A stretch of 64,000 nt of DNA from positions 192,634,001 to 192,698,000 of the forward strand of contig OZ024740.1 in assembly GCA_964016885.1 (NCBI GenBank), given 5' to 3'. The position numbers and the translations under genes were made by a program. This DNA comes from Eledone cirrhosa (lineage: Eukaryota). Positions 25,494 through 38,898 of this stretch are shown piece after piece (within the stretch, counting starts at the first letter, position 1; each line of letters begins with the position of its first letter). The notes beneath the pieces are model-generated. The model was not told the origin of the DNA and ran no database searches. It saw only the letters and a list, made by a program, of their open reading frames with translations.

Positions 25494-28400
25494 CTAGAAG
25501 TACCCGTCGTTGCCCGGATGTAAGTCGACCTTTGCTCTGTTGTTAAAAATGTGTAAAATTTACTTCCCGCGCATCACAGGTGCAAAAACCTTCGAACCTC
25601 AAGGAAAAAAACAGAGGTTAGTAGACGCAGGTGTGTATTTGAACATAAATAATGGATAAATTGTAGGTACACAGTGTATCGTTGAAATTGTTCTTTGGAC
25701 GACTGACGGAAACTCAAATTCACTTGAATTTTGAATTGATTTTTAAAGCAGGGTGAAAAAGTCGATTTTTTCAATTTTTTTTTATTTTATAATTTTCGCT
25801 TCACATGTGCAGAAGATGAAATAAAATAGACTTTATCTGAACTGCGGAATAATGGCGAGTCTTTTGCGACAGTTTTTAAGAAAATAGGACGTTCCTGTAA
25901 AAAAATTTTCCCATGTGCAACTTTGCCTTGTTTTTTGCGCAAAGTCGAACCCCCGCTTCAGTTTTATTGATTTTTTCCATGAATGCATGACCTCTGAAGT
26001 AGACTTGAGTAGCAAAAACCTGTCCGGTAAATTTGCTATAGGTGAAAAAAAGTTGATTGAAATTGTGTCTAGTGTTATTGCCCTTTGCAACAGCCTCAAC
26101 GTGTCTACAAGTATGGTTTGTTAATTTGTTGTGGAACTAAATCGACTTTCGTCAAATCGGACCGAGGAAACAATGTTTCCATTTGTTTTTCTAGCTGGTG
26201 TACCCGGTTACACTCGGGGTTATAAGGCGCTGGATTTAAAGGATCTGCGCTAAATTCCAGCAGGATGCTTTAACCGAAATAAATGAAGAACAAACGTTTC
26301 TTTTTGGCTCCAATCTGTGATATTGGTATTTTGAAATAATAGTCCACAAACAGCCATGGAGCATGTGTAACGCATGTATCAGGTTGAGAAAAAGGGTTTT
26401 CGATTCTCCATTTATAAGATACCCAAAAATTGCACGCAAATAAACCGGGATTTTAAGGCACTGCCCAATTCATAGCTGAAAGGTAGGAATCAAGTGGAAT
26501 AATGTTTTGCAGCATTGTCAAATGTACAACCGTACAAAAGCAAAGGATATAGCCATTGAAATCTAGGTAGACCAAAGAATTTGGTGGGGTTGTATATAAG
26601 AGGATTGTTTTCCTTGTGATTCGCGTCTAGTCTACAAAGAGAAGTTAGATGATTGTAGTCGGTGTTGTATCAATAAAAAAAAAAGCATACGGAAGACAGA
26701 AGAGTTTCGAATTAAGTGAAAATCACGTTGATATTCCTATCGGAGCAACATGTGCCGAAAAACCTGACGGACTGTTGTGTAAATATTGAAATCGTAGAAA
26801 TTGCAAATCCCGACCTCTAAGATGTAATGGATAGGCCTTGGAGGTGAAGAGGAAGAATTGGTACAATTGATTTGCTGAACATGTTGACCATTAATTTAAA
26901 TAGACTTACGAGCCATCATCGTGCGGTTTTGTTGTTTATGTCCTAAAATGAGGGCCGGTTAAACGCGGTAGAAAAATAAGCCACGCTGATGATGTTTAGG
27001 GGCGTTGCAGGGAATAGATGCGGCGTTGTGAGTCAATTGTGAGGACAGTGGAAGGCACGCTCATCGCTCGAGAAGACGCGCTGCTACATAGGATGCTTCT
27101 CGGCCATAATTGAGAGAAATACATGTCAGGAGAAATGAAAGAGTTGCTATTCATCCTTTGCTTAGCATGATGAACAAGTAATTAAAAAGATTTACCATGG
27201 ACTATCGTGCACGTTAGTATTGTGTTTAGCCTGAGAAAATCGGTGGTCAAATGGGGCAACAATAAGCCATGCTGATGACGTTTAAGCGGGTGGCGAGGAA
27301 TTGATGCAGAATAAATAGCCATGGGAGGCTTGAAGGAGCACGGAGGTCAGGCAAAAGAAAGGGTCGAGGAGGGATGGTGGCTGACAGTGCATGGATGCGG
27401 TATCCTGAGGCATGACGATGCAGTGGGACGACGGCCATCAGGAAAGGAAGAAGGCAGGGGTGAACTGTGGCAAGGATGCTGCATGGTGAGCCATGGCTGT
27501 CTTGAAGGAGCACTGAAGGCAGGTAAAAAAAGGGCCGAAGAGGGGATGGCGGCTGACAGAGTATTGATGCGGCATGGTGATGCATGACAATGCAGTGGGA
27601 CGACGGCGTGCAGGGAACGGAGAGGGCATGGGTTGACGGTGGCAGGGATGCGACTTGGTCCCTCAAGACTACCATGCCTAGGCAGTGGAAAGGGTCGGTG
27701 AGTGGATGGCGGCTGACAGATTAAGGATGCAACATGATGAGGCATGACGAAAGGGTAGGGTGCATGGCGGCTGACAGAGTTTGGACGCGGCATGCCTCTT
27801 GAGTTGCACCTCGGAAATGTAGAGAGCACCTGGAGGCACGATTGTTTGAGAAAACCGGGTGCAAGGCAGGAGCCCGGCGGGCAGGCAAAGGAAAGGGCTG
27901 AGGAGGGGATGGTGGTCGACAGGGTAGTAATGCGGCATGGTGAGGCATGACGATGCAGTCGGACGACGACGTGCAATGAAGGGAGAGGGCAGGGGCTGGC
28001 GGTGGCTGGGATGCGGCTTGATCAGGCATGGACATCTTGAGCTCTCACGGAGTGTAGGCAATGGAAATGGGCAGGGGTGGACGGTGGCAGGGATTTGGCA
28101 TGTTGAGCCGTGGCAGTCCTTAGGGACCACGGAGGGCAGGCAATGGAAAGGCCGGGGAATGAATTGCGGCTGGCAGGGCAGAGAAGCGCATGGTGGTGCA
28201 CAACGATGCAGTGGGTCGACGGCGTACAGGGAAGGGAGAGGGCAGAGGTTGTCGGATGCCTCATTATGCTACGTATAGTGGGACCACGGGAATGAAGAGG
28301 GTGCATGGAGGCTCGATGATCGCTTGAGAAGACTGGGCGCAATGCAGGATGATGCGCGGCGGTATAGTCTTGATAGTCCTTATATTAGAAATGGAAGAAT

Positions 28401-29107
28401 CGGCATAAAGGTTTTGCTGAATATGGTGAGCGTTAATTTATAGAGAATTGCGGTGGATAATCCTGATAGATTGAACGTTTTTTGCATGGTGGGAGTCGTT
28501 AGAAATGGAAGCAAGAAGAATGGCTTTTTTCGGTTGCAGGATGATGATGCTCAATGAAGCTGATAGATAACGGCGTGCGCGAAGGGATGCTTTAAGGCTC
28601 TGCATGAATAATTGGTCCCAGGGTAGAAGATATTGCGACATTGATAATTAAACTATGAATAATTGTCTGCCCTAACTCGTAAAAGTCTCATTTAACGCAT
28701 GATTTATGAGTTTAAAAAAACTTTCCGAATTTTTGCAGCCTTGGAGTAGCTCCTAATGTATCTATTATTGTGGTAATATCAAATTTAATTGAAATCGGAC
28801 GAATTCTGTGAATAAAGATTTTTGCCTCTGGTGATACAATTATCGATTTATCGAAAATTTAATGAGCCCATGTTCATCCTCGGACCAAAATACAAACTTG
28901 CGTCGAGTTTCATCGAAATCGGACAATTTTTGAAAATATCGATTTTAGGCTTCTGGGGGCCGGATTATCGATGTTGCAAATATTTCAAGAAGCCTATTCC
29001 AATCGATGGGGCGAGTTTTATATATGTGTCAAATATCATGAAAATCGGATGAACGGTGTAGCCTGCAGGTTCGCGTCACCAAACAAACAAACAAACAACG
29101 CCCAACT

Positions 29108-29140
<33 letters not shown>
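25494..29140 (-). mobile_element. Non-autonomous Helitron-like element with Pif1-helicase remnants
   Basis: Minus-strand 3' end CCGGGCAACGACGGG..CTAG|T at 25494. 5' end TATATAGTGAAGTT..(GTTT)n near 29100. Decayed Pif1-like segments near 28400-28620 (..STA.SLYKL..) and 27060-27220 (resembling T.HKSQG and YVA.SR). Confidence 0.6.
27320..28340. repeat. GC-rich degenerate minisatellite, ~170-bp unit, ~5 copies
   Basis: Recurring ggcaggcaaaggaaagggc.gaggaggggatgg.ggctgacag...ggcatgacgatgcagtgggacgacgg; first two units at ~27332 and ~27504. Confidence 0.75.
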
Positions 29141-29145
<5 letters not shown>

Positions 29146-29433
29146 CAAATAACGAAACGAAATTAAATTTCGTTTCGCTTCTAACTCACTTTTGTATGAC
29201 TGACGCTTAAACAATTAAGTTAAAAGTGTACATCTACATATGTATACTGAAATACTAGTATGCATATAAATACACACATGTATACATATGTACATGTACT
29301 GAGTTTTTCACTGGACACTTTACTGTGAGTGTCCAGCTAGTCTGTATGTAACCAAACAGACAAACCGGGTTTTAGAGTCATACGGGTTTTCAAGGAAACA
29401 CATTTCCTCTATTCTGCAGAGAGCCAGACAGGA

Positions 29434-29476
29434 ATATTGGACTAGTTTCGATGTTATTACATCTCATCAGCAATAT
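29434..29476 (-). ncRNA. Canonical minimal type I hammerhead ribozyme
   Basis: ATATTG-CTGATGA-GATGT aata ACATC-GAA AC TA GT C-CAATAT: perfect core, GUC cleavage triplet, 6-bp stem I, palindromic stem III. Confidence 0.88.
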
Positions 29477-29944
29477 ATACCCATCTTCCGGCTTCTCTAG
29501 AGAATCGTAAAAGCACATATCGTTATATGCTTTTTCTATGAAAATTAGTAGTGGGCAGACTACTAGCGAAACGAAATTTAATTTCGTTTCGTTATTTGTT
29601 TTTATCGTTTCCGCTGAACCGGTGCGTACAATGACTCACGTTCTATGCAAATTAGTCTGCCCACTACTAATTTTCATACAACATTTAGTACAGCATCATT
29701 GAAGTTCTGGTTGCAGCCAAGCTAACGAATGCAGTCGGAGTGTGCAACTAAGCACTCAACAAGGTATATTACCTTAGATTTATAACATTACGTTTAGAAA
29801 GTTTGCAAATTGAAGACAGCGACCGATAGACGAGCCGCAGTGACCAAAGCAATATATATATATATATACTAGAAAAGGGAAGTAAGTAATTATTTTTAAA
29901 TTTTATTTCAATACTCAACATTTGATAAGAGGAATTTTAGTAAT

Positions 29945-31220
29945 ACGATGAGCGTGGATCCCTATCCCTATTAGACTTTCAACTCAGGGTAACGGAGGAA
30001 TGCGACATCCACACTTGCTTCTATAAAAAGCCGCCAGCAGGGACGTGCTCGTCCATTTCAGGTCGGCCCTCCCACTCGGCGCCAAGTAGGGATACATAAG
30101 GAACGAATTGACACGTATCCGGAACAAATGCACCGACGCAAGAGACCGAGACACACACCACACACTTCCTGGAAGTACTTAAACTAAACGGATACCCGAC
30201 GTCCACCGTGATCCGTGCCAGAAACAACAGAAGACACCACACCCAAAGCAATAACAACTGCTTCCTGCAGCTCCCACATTTCAGTGATGTAACTACGACG
30301 GCCATCCGCATGGCCATCTGACGAGTGGGACTAGATATCCAGCTAGCCCACACAGGACCTTCTCTACGTGGACAGCTAGCCAAGAGACACTCCACCAGAC
30401 AAGACAGCCACTGCACGCTAGCCAACTGCCCCATCGAGAATACAGACCTATGCCACCAGTCATACGTCCTCTACAGATTAAAGTGCTCTCAAATGTAGCA
30501 ACTTCTACGTAGGGAGAACCACCAGACGCCTTCACGTTAGAATCAAAGAACACCTAAACACTAATGCTTCCTCATTTAAGAAACACCTAGGGAAATGTAA
30601 AAACATCAACAAAAACATAATAGTTAAGATAGAAATTAAGGAAAGAAAACTCGGCAATCTTAGAATTAAAGAAGCATTAATTATAGACAAAACGCAACCA
30701 CAAATCAATAATAGATTAGAACTAAACACCCAATGTTTAACATGATAGAACATCTAGCCCTCATATTTACATATCTACGTATCCTCCCATACTCACACAC
30801 ACACACACACACACATACACACACACACACATGCTTACATTTTTACGTATTACCTTACACACACACACACTTAGTATTTGTGATACGCCCTACATATTAT
30901 AGCATCTAGCCCTCACATTTACATTTCCACGTATCCTCTCACACTCACACACACACACTTAGACATACATGTCCAAACCCTTTAAAGGGAGACAACTCCT
31001 TAACCACTTGACTCTTTCACATTAGAAGTAGAATAGAATTCTATACTACTTCCAATCAGCATGACTTAGCATCCCACTTCGGACACTGGATTAACACCTT
31101 TACTTTCCTCAGATGAAGATATATTATCTCGAAATATCAGGATATACTAATAAATTAAGGTAAAAGACTATTTGTCAGTGATATCTTTTACATTTATATT
31201 ATATCTCCAAACATGCATTG
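29945..31220 (+). mobile_element. 5'-truncated PLE (thumb + GIY-YIG) with 3' UTR and a decayed HHR at ~31106-31142
   Basis: YKKP, IRNELTRI, LKLNGYP, CSNFYVGRTTRRLHVRIKEH, LRIKEALII..QPQIN. HHR-like CAGATGA-AGATA tat TATCT-CGAAATATC. Confidence 0.8.
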
Positions 31221-31264
31221 TTCTGGCCTTCCAACTCCTTCATATATATATATATATGTATATA

Positions 31265-31329
<65 letters not shown>

Positions 31330-32028
31330 GAAGGAATTGGTAGTTTACTTGAAGCATTGTATAGCATTGTATATATATATATATATTTGAAAAACACTTG
31401 TGGTGTTAAATAATTTGATTTAATTTTATAATATAATATTATGAGTTGGTAGATCTAGTAAGTTCTTTGTTAACTTCGGTGGGAAGAATTTTAAAGATTC
31501 CTGGTTAACTTTGTTGGAGAACTTTCTCGCATTCGTCGGTGGCAATTGTCAAATTGAGATCAGGTTGTGTTGAGATGTGTGACTATATGTGAAGAAGAAT
31601 TCTTTATTAGAAAATACAAACCACAACTGAACACAAAAAGTGATATTCCATCTTCAAGTAACGGGATTATCCCTCTCTCTTCTCTTTAAAAAAAATCTCA
31701 TATTGAAAATGAAAATAGTTGATGACACCCGTACTTTCAAACATTCGATCTCTGAAGAGAAGAACAACCCTGAGAGGTACAATAGCATTTCATTAATTTC
31801 CCCTTCCACTCACCAATGTATATGTGAACTTAAATACTTGAGTAGATGTGTGTACGTATAGATATATGTATGTAGAGATGTGTTTATTTATATATACAGT
31901 ATGTGCCTGTAGGTATACAGATATGTGTATAAACATGTTTATATATAAGTGTGCATATGAGTGCATGTATATATGTATGTGTATGTATGCACGTGCGTAT
32001 GTGTGATATATATATATATGTGTATATG

Positions 32029-32097
<69 letters not shown>

Positions 32098-32117
32098 ATG
32101 TATATATATATATACAT

Positions 32118-32179
<62 letters not shown>

Positions 32180-32256
32180 CGAAGGAAAGGTGGTAAGGAA
32201 CCAGGTGGACCATAACGCACCAAAGTACTCAATACTTAGGGTAGTAGAGTGGGTAA

Positions 32257-32374
32257 TAGGAACGAGTAGGACCCCGACGGCTGAGCTGAAGCCGTTTCGA
32301 CGGCTAATTGTTTTAGTCCAGAATTAGCCGTCGAAACGGCTTGAGCTCAGCCGTCGGGGTCCTACTCGTTCCTA
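32257..32374. repeat. 53-bp GC-rich inverted repeat with 12-nt loop
   Basis: taggaacgagtaggaccccgacggctgagctgaagccgtttcgacggctaatt and its reverse complement, with one mismatch. Confidence 0.9.
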
Positions 32375-32680
32375 TATATATATATATTAGAAAGTGAGGG
32401 TTTTTAAAAAAATGAAAAATAACCTAGGTGTCCTACACGAGTGAAAGTATAAAGAAAAAAGATGAAATCGAAAATGCAATTCGGGTCTTATTTTTTTAAA
32501 AATATATATATTTATTTGGTTCAGTTACCGGTTTCGCAGTTCTGCTTTTCAAAAGTAGAGTTGAGATGGAAGGTCTGTGGTTTTTCTCACAGTGAGAAAA
32601 CGGGTAGAGGAACCAAATAAATATGTATATATTTAAAAAAAACAAGACTCCAGTTGCATTTTCAATTTCATATATGTTTT

Positions 32681-32732
<52 letters not shown>

Positions 32733-32733
32733 A

Positions 32734-32774
<41 letters not shown>

Positions 32775-32777
32775 ATG

Positions 32778-32858
<81 letters not shown>

Positions 32859-33551
32859 TAAAATAACAGATTAAAGTTTAAGCAAAGAATCGGTGCTTTC
32901 ACCCTTAACGGGATCTTCTGAAACTAACAAAGTCAATCCGTGAACGCAGAACTGGATATTTCAAAAAACGTTGCAACCGGAGGAAGACAGGAAGACGATA
33001 CTTTGGTTCGTGGTAACGTTCGCTGGCAAAGAACGGGAAAAAACGAATAATACGTCATTAATAGGAGCGGTGAAAAACAATTACGCGCAAAGACAAAACC
33101 ACGTTTATGGTATGAAAGAGGTCGTAGACTAATGTTCTCTTAGGTGGTGCATAGAGACGTTCTCTGGCAATGAACGACAAAACGAAGATAATAAGTCATA
33201 TGTGGAGCGTGGAGAACAATAGCACGCAAAGACAAAACCACGTAAATGGTATAGCAGAAATCGTAGACTAAAATTCTAACTAGGAGATCAAATGAATCTC
33301 CGCTACAGAGTTAAGAACAAAGTAAATAAATACAATACTGAAGTAATAGAAACAAATGAATACATACACGCAAACAGATACGTACATACACAAGCATACG
33401 CAAAACCTTACCATGGGTATACAAAACCACGCACATATAAATATGTGTGTGTGTGTGTGCTTGTGTACAAATAAATAAATAATTATATAAACGTATATAA
33501 GTAAATAAATACGTATATAACAAGCGCACACGCATACCTACAAATAAATAC

Positions 33552-33923
33552 ACGAATGTTCGGAGACGTAAGTCAACTAAAACAAGAAGTACACATATAC
33601 ACACACCCACCATACGTACGAACCTGCACACTCACGCGGACGCAAAACTCCCGTGTGGGAGCTAAGTATATGTGTTGTTTATTCCTTTACTTATTTGCAT
33701 AGGTACGTATATATTACCCGTATGTTTTGTGAAGGTATGTATACCTTCTCGTACGTATATTTGACTGTTATAGCGTATAATGTTTACATATCCTGGTATT
33801 TAGGGTTTGGCTATGTGTATACGGGAGTTTTGCGTCCACGTGAGTGTGCAGGTTCGTACGTATGGTGGGTGTGTGTATATGTGTACTTCTTTATTTTAGT
33901 TGACTTACGTCTCCGAACATTCG
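33552..33923. repeat. ~100-bp inverted repeat with ~165-bp spacer
   Basis: cgaatgttcggagacgtaagtcaac...aaaactcccgt versus acgggagtttt...gttgacttacgtctccgaacattcg. Confidence 0.85.
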
Positions 33924-33959
33924 AAAAAAACTAACTATTTTATTATTATTTTTTACTTC

Positions 33960-34245
33960 TAATTCCAGGTCGTAATTTTAAAAAAATTCTATAATTACTT
34001 TCTTTACTCTATTTAATTCACTATTGTTATGTTTTTCTACAATAAATAGTATGTTATCCCTATATAAACCTCCGATAATCTCCAGCAGTTTTCTATTTAT
34101 CATGTTAAGGATAAAGATACCTACAAGATCTGTAACTTGCGCCGAATCTGACGAACCCATAGTAATGTCAAATTTCTTCTGTCTATCCGACCTAGTCCAA
34201 AGATCATTATTAAAATCAATCAAAGTTCGCCTTGCTGTTAATATA
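33960..34245 (-). pseudogene. PLE (Hydra-like) RT fragment
   Basis: FDITMGSSDSAQVTDLVGIFIL..GGLYRDN. Confidence 0.85.
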
Positions 34246-34539
34246 ATATAATATATATATATATATATTAGAGCTAATTTAATTAGTAGTTCATTCAGGC
34301 AACCAATTAATCGAATTTACATCGTAGAAACCGATGGAAATCCGTAGTCACCAAGTATTCATGAATATATATATATATACATTAATGTAATCCGTTCCTA
34401 AATATACACCTAGTTATATATACATACATACATACATACATACATGCATCCATACATACATACATACATACTTGATTATGGATGTAACTCCTGTAATGCC
34501 ATTGCTTGCTACTTAAGGATGTGCATCATGAACGTGGCT

Positions 34540-35960
34540 TTTTAGTCCTGCTACGAACTTATCCATGGCCATCAATATCATGCATCGCAGGAAAATGTCA
34601 CGTATCAATTGAGGTCTGTGCTTGAAGTTTTTGTTTAAGTGAGGAAACACTTTGCACGGTGCCAATCCCACTCTCTGAGAATCAAATGCATTTTCTCAAT
34701 AAGAAGAACTAGTCTACAGCATTGGATGCAAATGAAGTCGCAGGTTTTATATCAAACTCGCCTTCTCAATAACAGATATGTTAATGAAGACTAGGAGCCC
34801 CTTGCTCCAACGAAATTTAAAAAAAAACTTTATTGGATGGCCGTTGGTTCTCGTGAGTTCTTTCATCTTTGACAGGTTTTGTTTTTCGTCCTGCAGAGTG
34901 TCCATATTCACCCTCCTCACCAAGCAAGCTTGTTGGGGTTGCCGCTTTAGTCTCCGACGACCCGACCACGCACAGGTTGTACAGGATTACATATTACCAG
35001 TAGCACAGAAGAGTGACCTCACATAACTACAAACATGCATACATACAAGCATGCATATATACATGCATACATACATGCATACATACATACATACATACAT
35101 TCATAATATAGATACATACATACATACATACATACATACTACAAATCCAGTATCCAAGATACACCTTTAGCTTCATACCCATCATTATTGGAGCTACGGG
35201 TTATATACCAACCCGCTTGGACCAAAGTATGACTGAACTTGGATTTGCGGACAAAAAGCGCACGCAGCTCCCTAATTCATAGTCTACAAATGGCCGCGAT
35301 AGCTGGGACCTTCAACATTTGCAAAACATTCTTGCGATTCAAGGGATAACAATTTCCCTTCTTTTACAACCTTGCCACCAGGAAGGTGGCCGGTCCAAAA
35401 AAATATACTCGAAATTAAAAGAAAGAGATAACATAAAAAACATACATACATACATAAAAACATGTTGGCTGAAAACTCTGCTAAGAATATTGCAATCGCT
35501 TGTCAGATTACAGAAAATGGTGCACGTTTAGGCTACGGCTAGGCACACGAACCTCTAGCATAACCTCAACAATGTTCTTTCAATGTTTTTTAAGTGGGGA
35601 AAGGCCTTTCACTGGACCAATCCCACTCTCTGAGCATCGAAACACTACCCGAAAAGGTCAACATCATCGGAAGCTTCCGATGCCGCAGGTTTTTTTTCTG
35701 AGTTTACCTCTCTTAGAAAGGTGTTGTGACCACAACTGGGGGCCCTTCACTCCCAGGTGAGGAAAAAACTATTTGGATGACCGTTCACTCTGCTGAGTTC
35801 CTCCACCCTTCACCGGGTTTTGTATTTCATGCCGCAGGGCGTCCACATATCAACCTCCTCACAGAGCAAGCTTTGTGGGGTTGCCGGTTTAGCCGCCGAC
35901 GACCCGACGATGAGACAGGTTGTACCGGGTTACATGTTACCAGTAGAACTCGAGAGGGAC
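34540..35960. mobile_element. Two copies (~34540-35020, ~35570-35960) of an unclassified SINE/RTE-like repeat; third copy at ~48990-49330
   Basis: Shared ccaatcccactctct, cctcctcac.aag, ggggttgcc..tttag..cc.acgac; embedded in (CATA)n or (TA)n. Confidence 0.6.
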
Positions 35961-35984
35961 TTGACATAAATACATACATGCATA

Positions 35985-36680
35985 CGATTCTCTTCGCCAT
36001 TCTTGGAAAGCGTTCCATTCTCTTCCCTACTCTAGATGATAGAGGCTCTCCGACTTTTCTAAATTCCATATACTTTTATGAGAGTCATAGATAACCTATC
36101 TTCGTCTTGGGGTTATATCCAAACGTTAAAGAAAGAGAAGGAGGACGCTATTTCCGCTGATAAAATAGAATATCAGATGGCTATATTTCAAGGGTGGGGG
36201 CAGGGCGAGCACATTTTCTCTGTGCTAATATTTATTCTCATTAAACCCATTGTCCTTATGATGCATAATTGTTTCACAGAAGGACAGGAATACAAAGCTA
36301 TCCCATAACTTAGTTGTGGATAACATGAAACTATATGCCAAGAAGTGGGGTGTCTATGTCACTGTTGTTATGGCCGCTTCTTGTGTTAAATGATTTTTCA
36401 AGTTTTAACATAGATAGCTCGGAATTCCTCTATCGTCCAATCAAATATTCCGAAAGTGAATGTTAGGACAGGTACAGCAAACACATTGTGAGCCACTGTT
36501 TATTGTGTGCAGAGATTTCAGATGACTATATTTCTCTTCATCTAGTTACGCATTCCTTGTTACAAATACCATCATAGGATATCTTCTCATCTATGTCTAG
36601 GTATATGTAGCAGGCTTCGACAGTTATCGGTGAGAGAGTTTGGTCTTTGGTGAAAATTTTGCTAGATTGGGTTGTAGTTT
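35985..36680 (-). mobile_element. Decayed RLE-clade RT fragment (a small plus-strand RLE 3' piece also lies at ~35150-35345)
   Basis: YIYLDIDE, NVFAVPVLTFTFGIFDWT on the minus strand; FIPIIIGATG and LQMAAIAGTFNICKTFL on the plus strand. Confidence 0.6.
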
Positions 36681-37442
36681 TTCGTCTGTATGAATTTGCG
36701 TGTGCATGTATGTGCGCATAAGTATGTATGTATGCATGCATGCATATATGTATTAATATATGTATGCATATATTATAAATAGATACCGATGTGGGAGTGA
36801 GAATATATTCTCTGATTGCATATGCATGTGTAACACACATTTAACACATTTAACAAGTATACATACGTTTAAAGTATACATCAAAGATTATTTTCATAAC
36901 TTAGAAAGATGCAACGACCATGTACAATATTATAAGTGAAAAATGAATTAGATGTATATCAAAGGTTCTGTATTGAAAAGGACATTATATTCAATATTGA
37001 ATAATCTAATTAAAACATACCGAAAGCTTCTATTAACAGCAATTTCAGCAACAACAAAACTAAACATCACAATCTGTTCACGTTTCGTTAAGAAATAAAA
37101 TGCATAAAATAACCAAAACGCATATAAGCAGAGTAACAATGAGAACACTTAGAAATTATCCATTTCATTATCATAAAATACATGTTTTAAAATCATGAAT
37201 TTTTGGGGAAATATATATGTTTTAAGAGAATTAGACTTGTTAGAAATAGAGTTGAGCGGAGGAATCCGGTGAAACTGAATCGTCGGTTGCATAGTTAAAT
37301 CGTGATGCAGTGTAGATAGCAAGTTATCAGGTTATATACGACGGAAGACTTTTCTCATATATAATGCGATTACAATATAAAATAAGATTTAATACACCCG
37401 CATATGTGTGGTTTAGCTGACTTGCATGATTATACCACGATG

Positions 37443-37540
<98 letters not shown>

Positions 37541-37761
37541 ATTAAGTCAAATATGTAAAATTTGGCTTCGTTTATTATAAATTATAGATATACTGGTATA
37601 TATATTTCGGTGACAGCTAACATTGGCTGTGACCTCTTCAAGCAGTCCGAATTGGTGTGGGAAAGACAGGTACACATGTTGTTGACGTGTGTTTTCCTCC
37701 GTCAATACATCGATATGTCCAGCTCTTGGTTGTGTTGTTATTTCTCTGAGGAACTGGAATC

Positions 37762-37813
<52 letters not shown>

Positions 37814-37818
<5 letters not shown>

Positions 37819-38366
37819 AAAGAATCGAGGTGTAACACACAAGTTATTATATATTGGTAAACGGAATAGAAAATGCTGACAAATTGTTCACAGTTGAAAA
37901 ATGGTTTAATTAGGAATAAAAGAGTATTAGTGATTGTATGGGTTAGTATTCAGTTGTGGTTTTAAGTTTTTAAGTTTTTACCGGTTGCGCATTTCTAAAT
38001 GCTTTTCAAAAATAATTTTGAGATAGAGTGTCCGTGCTGTTTGCTCTGATCTGATTAGTTTTGGGAATTCTACCTATTTTTATGTTAAAAAAGTGGCTCA
38101 AGCGTTATTTTTGTGTTGCAAAAATGCTTGTGGTCAAAACAATTTTGATTGGTCGGTAGAGGTCATGTTAATGTAAAAAGTTGATTTTGCGCCAAGACTG
38201 TTTTTATGTTAAAAAAGTGATTCCAGCAAAAATTCTTGGTCAAAACAATTCTGATTGGTCGATAGAGGTCATGTGGATAAAAAATTGGTTTTGCGCCAAG
38301 ATTGAGAAATGACTCTTTCACAACAAATATGTGTGTGTGTGTGTATGTGTGTGTATGTGTGTATGA

Positions 38367-38400
<34 letters not shown>

Positions 38401-38471
38401 AGTAGTAGTAGTAAGGTGTTCGATGCTGCGACAATGGCCAGCAGCGATGTGTGTCAAATGGCTATTAAGAT

Positions 38472-38526
<55 letters not shown>

Positions 38527-38855
38527 GCAGAGTAATTCGATGGTCAGTAAGAATGTGTCTGAAAGCAATGGGGGGTATTTTAGCATGTCAAAAGATATTT
38601 TTCAGCTTTTGTCTGATACGGAGAAGTGCGTGTGTGTGTGTGTGTATAAGTCTCTGTGTATGTTGATGTACGCGTGTGTATGTGTTTGTGTATATATGTG
38701 TGTGTGTGTGTGTGTGGGTGGACCAGTATTTTTTTCCCCCTGGTAAAATGGTGCACATTATTCGATTTTTTCAGTAAAATCGGTTCTCTTAATAGAACAT
38801 CAAAAATCTTAACAATAAGAAGGTGTGAAATGATATTCACGTACATATATTCACT

Positions 38856-38898
<43 letters not shown>

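Noticed and set aside
27247-28342. Overlapping Pro/His-rich ORFs
   Set aside because: Explained by the GC-rich minisatellite; frames are not conserved between units.
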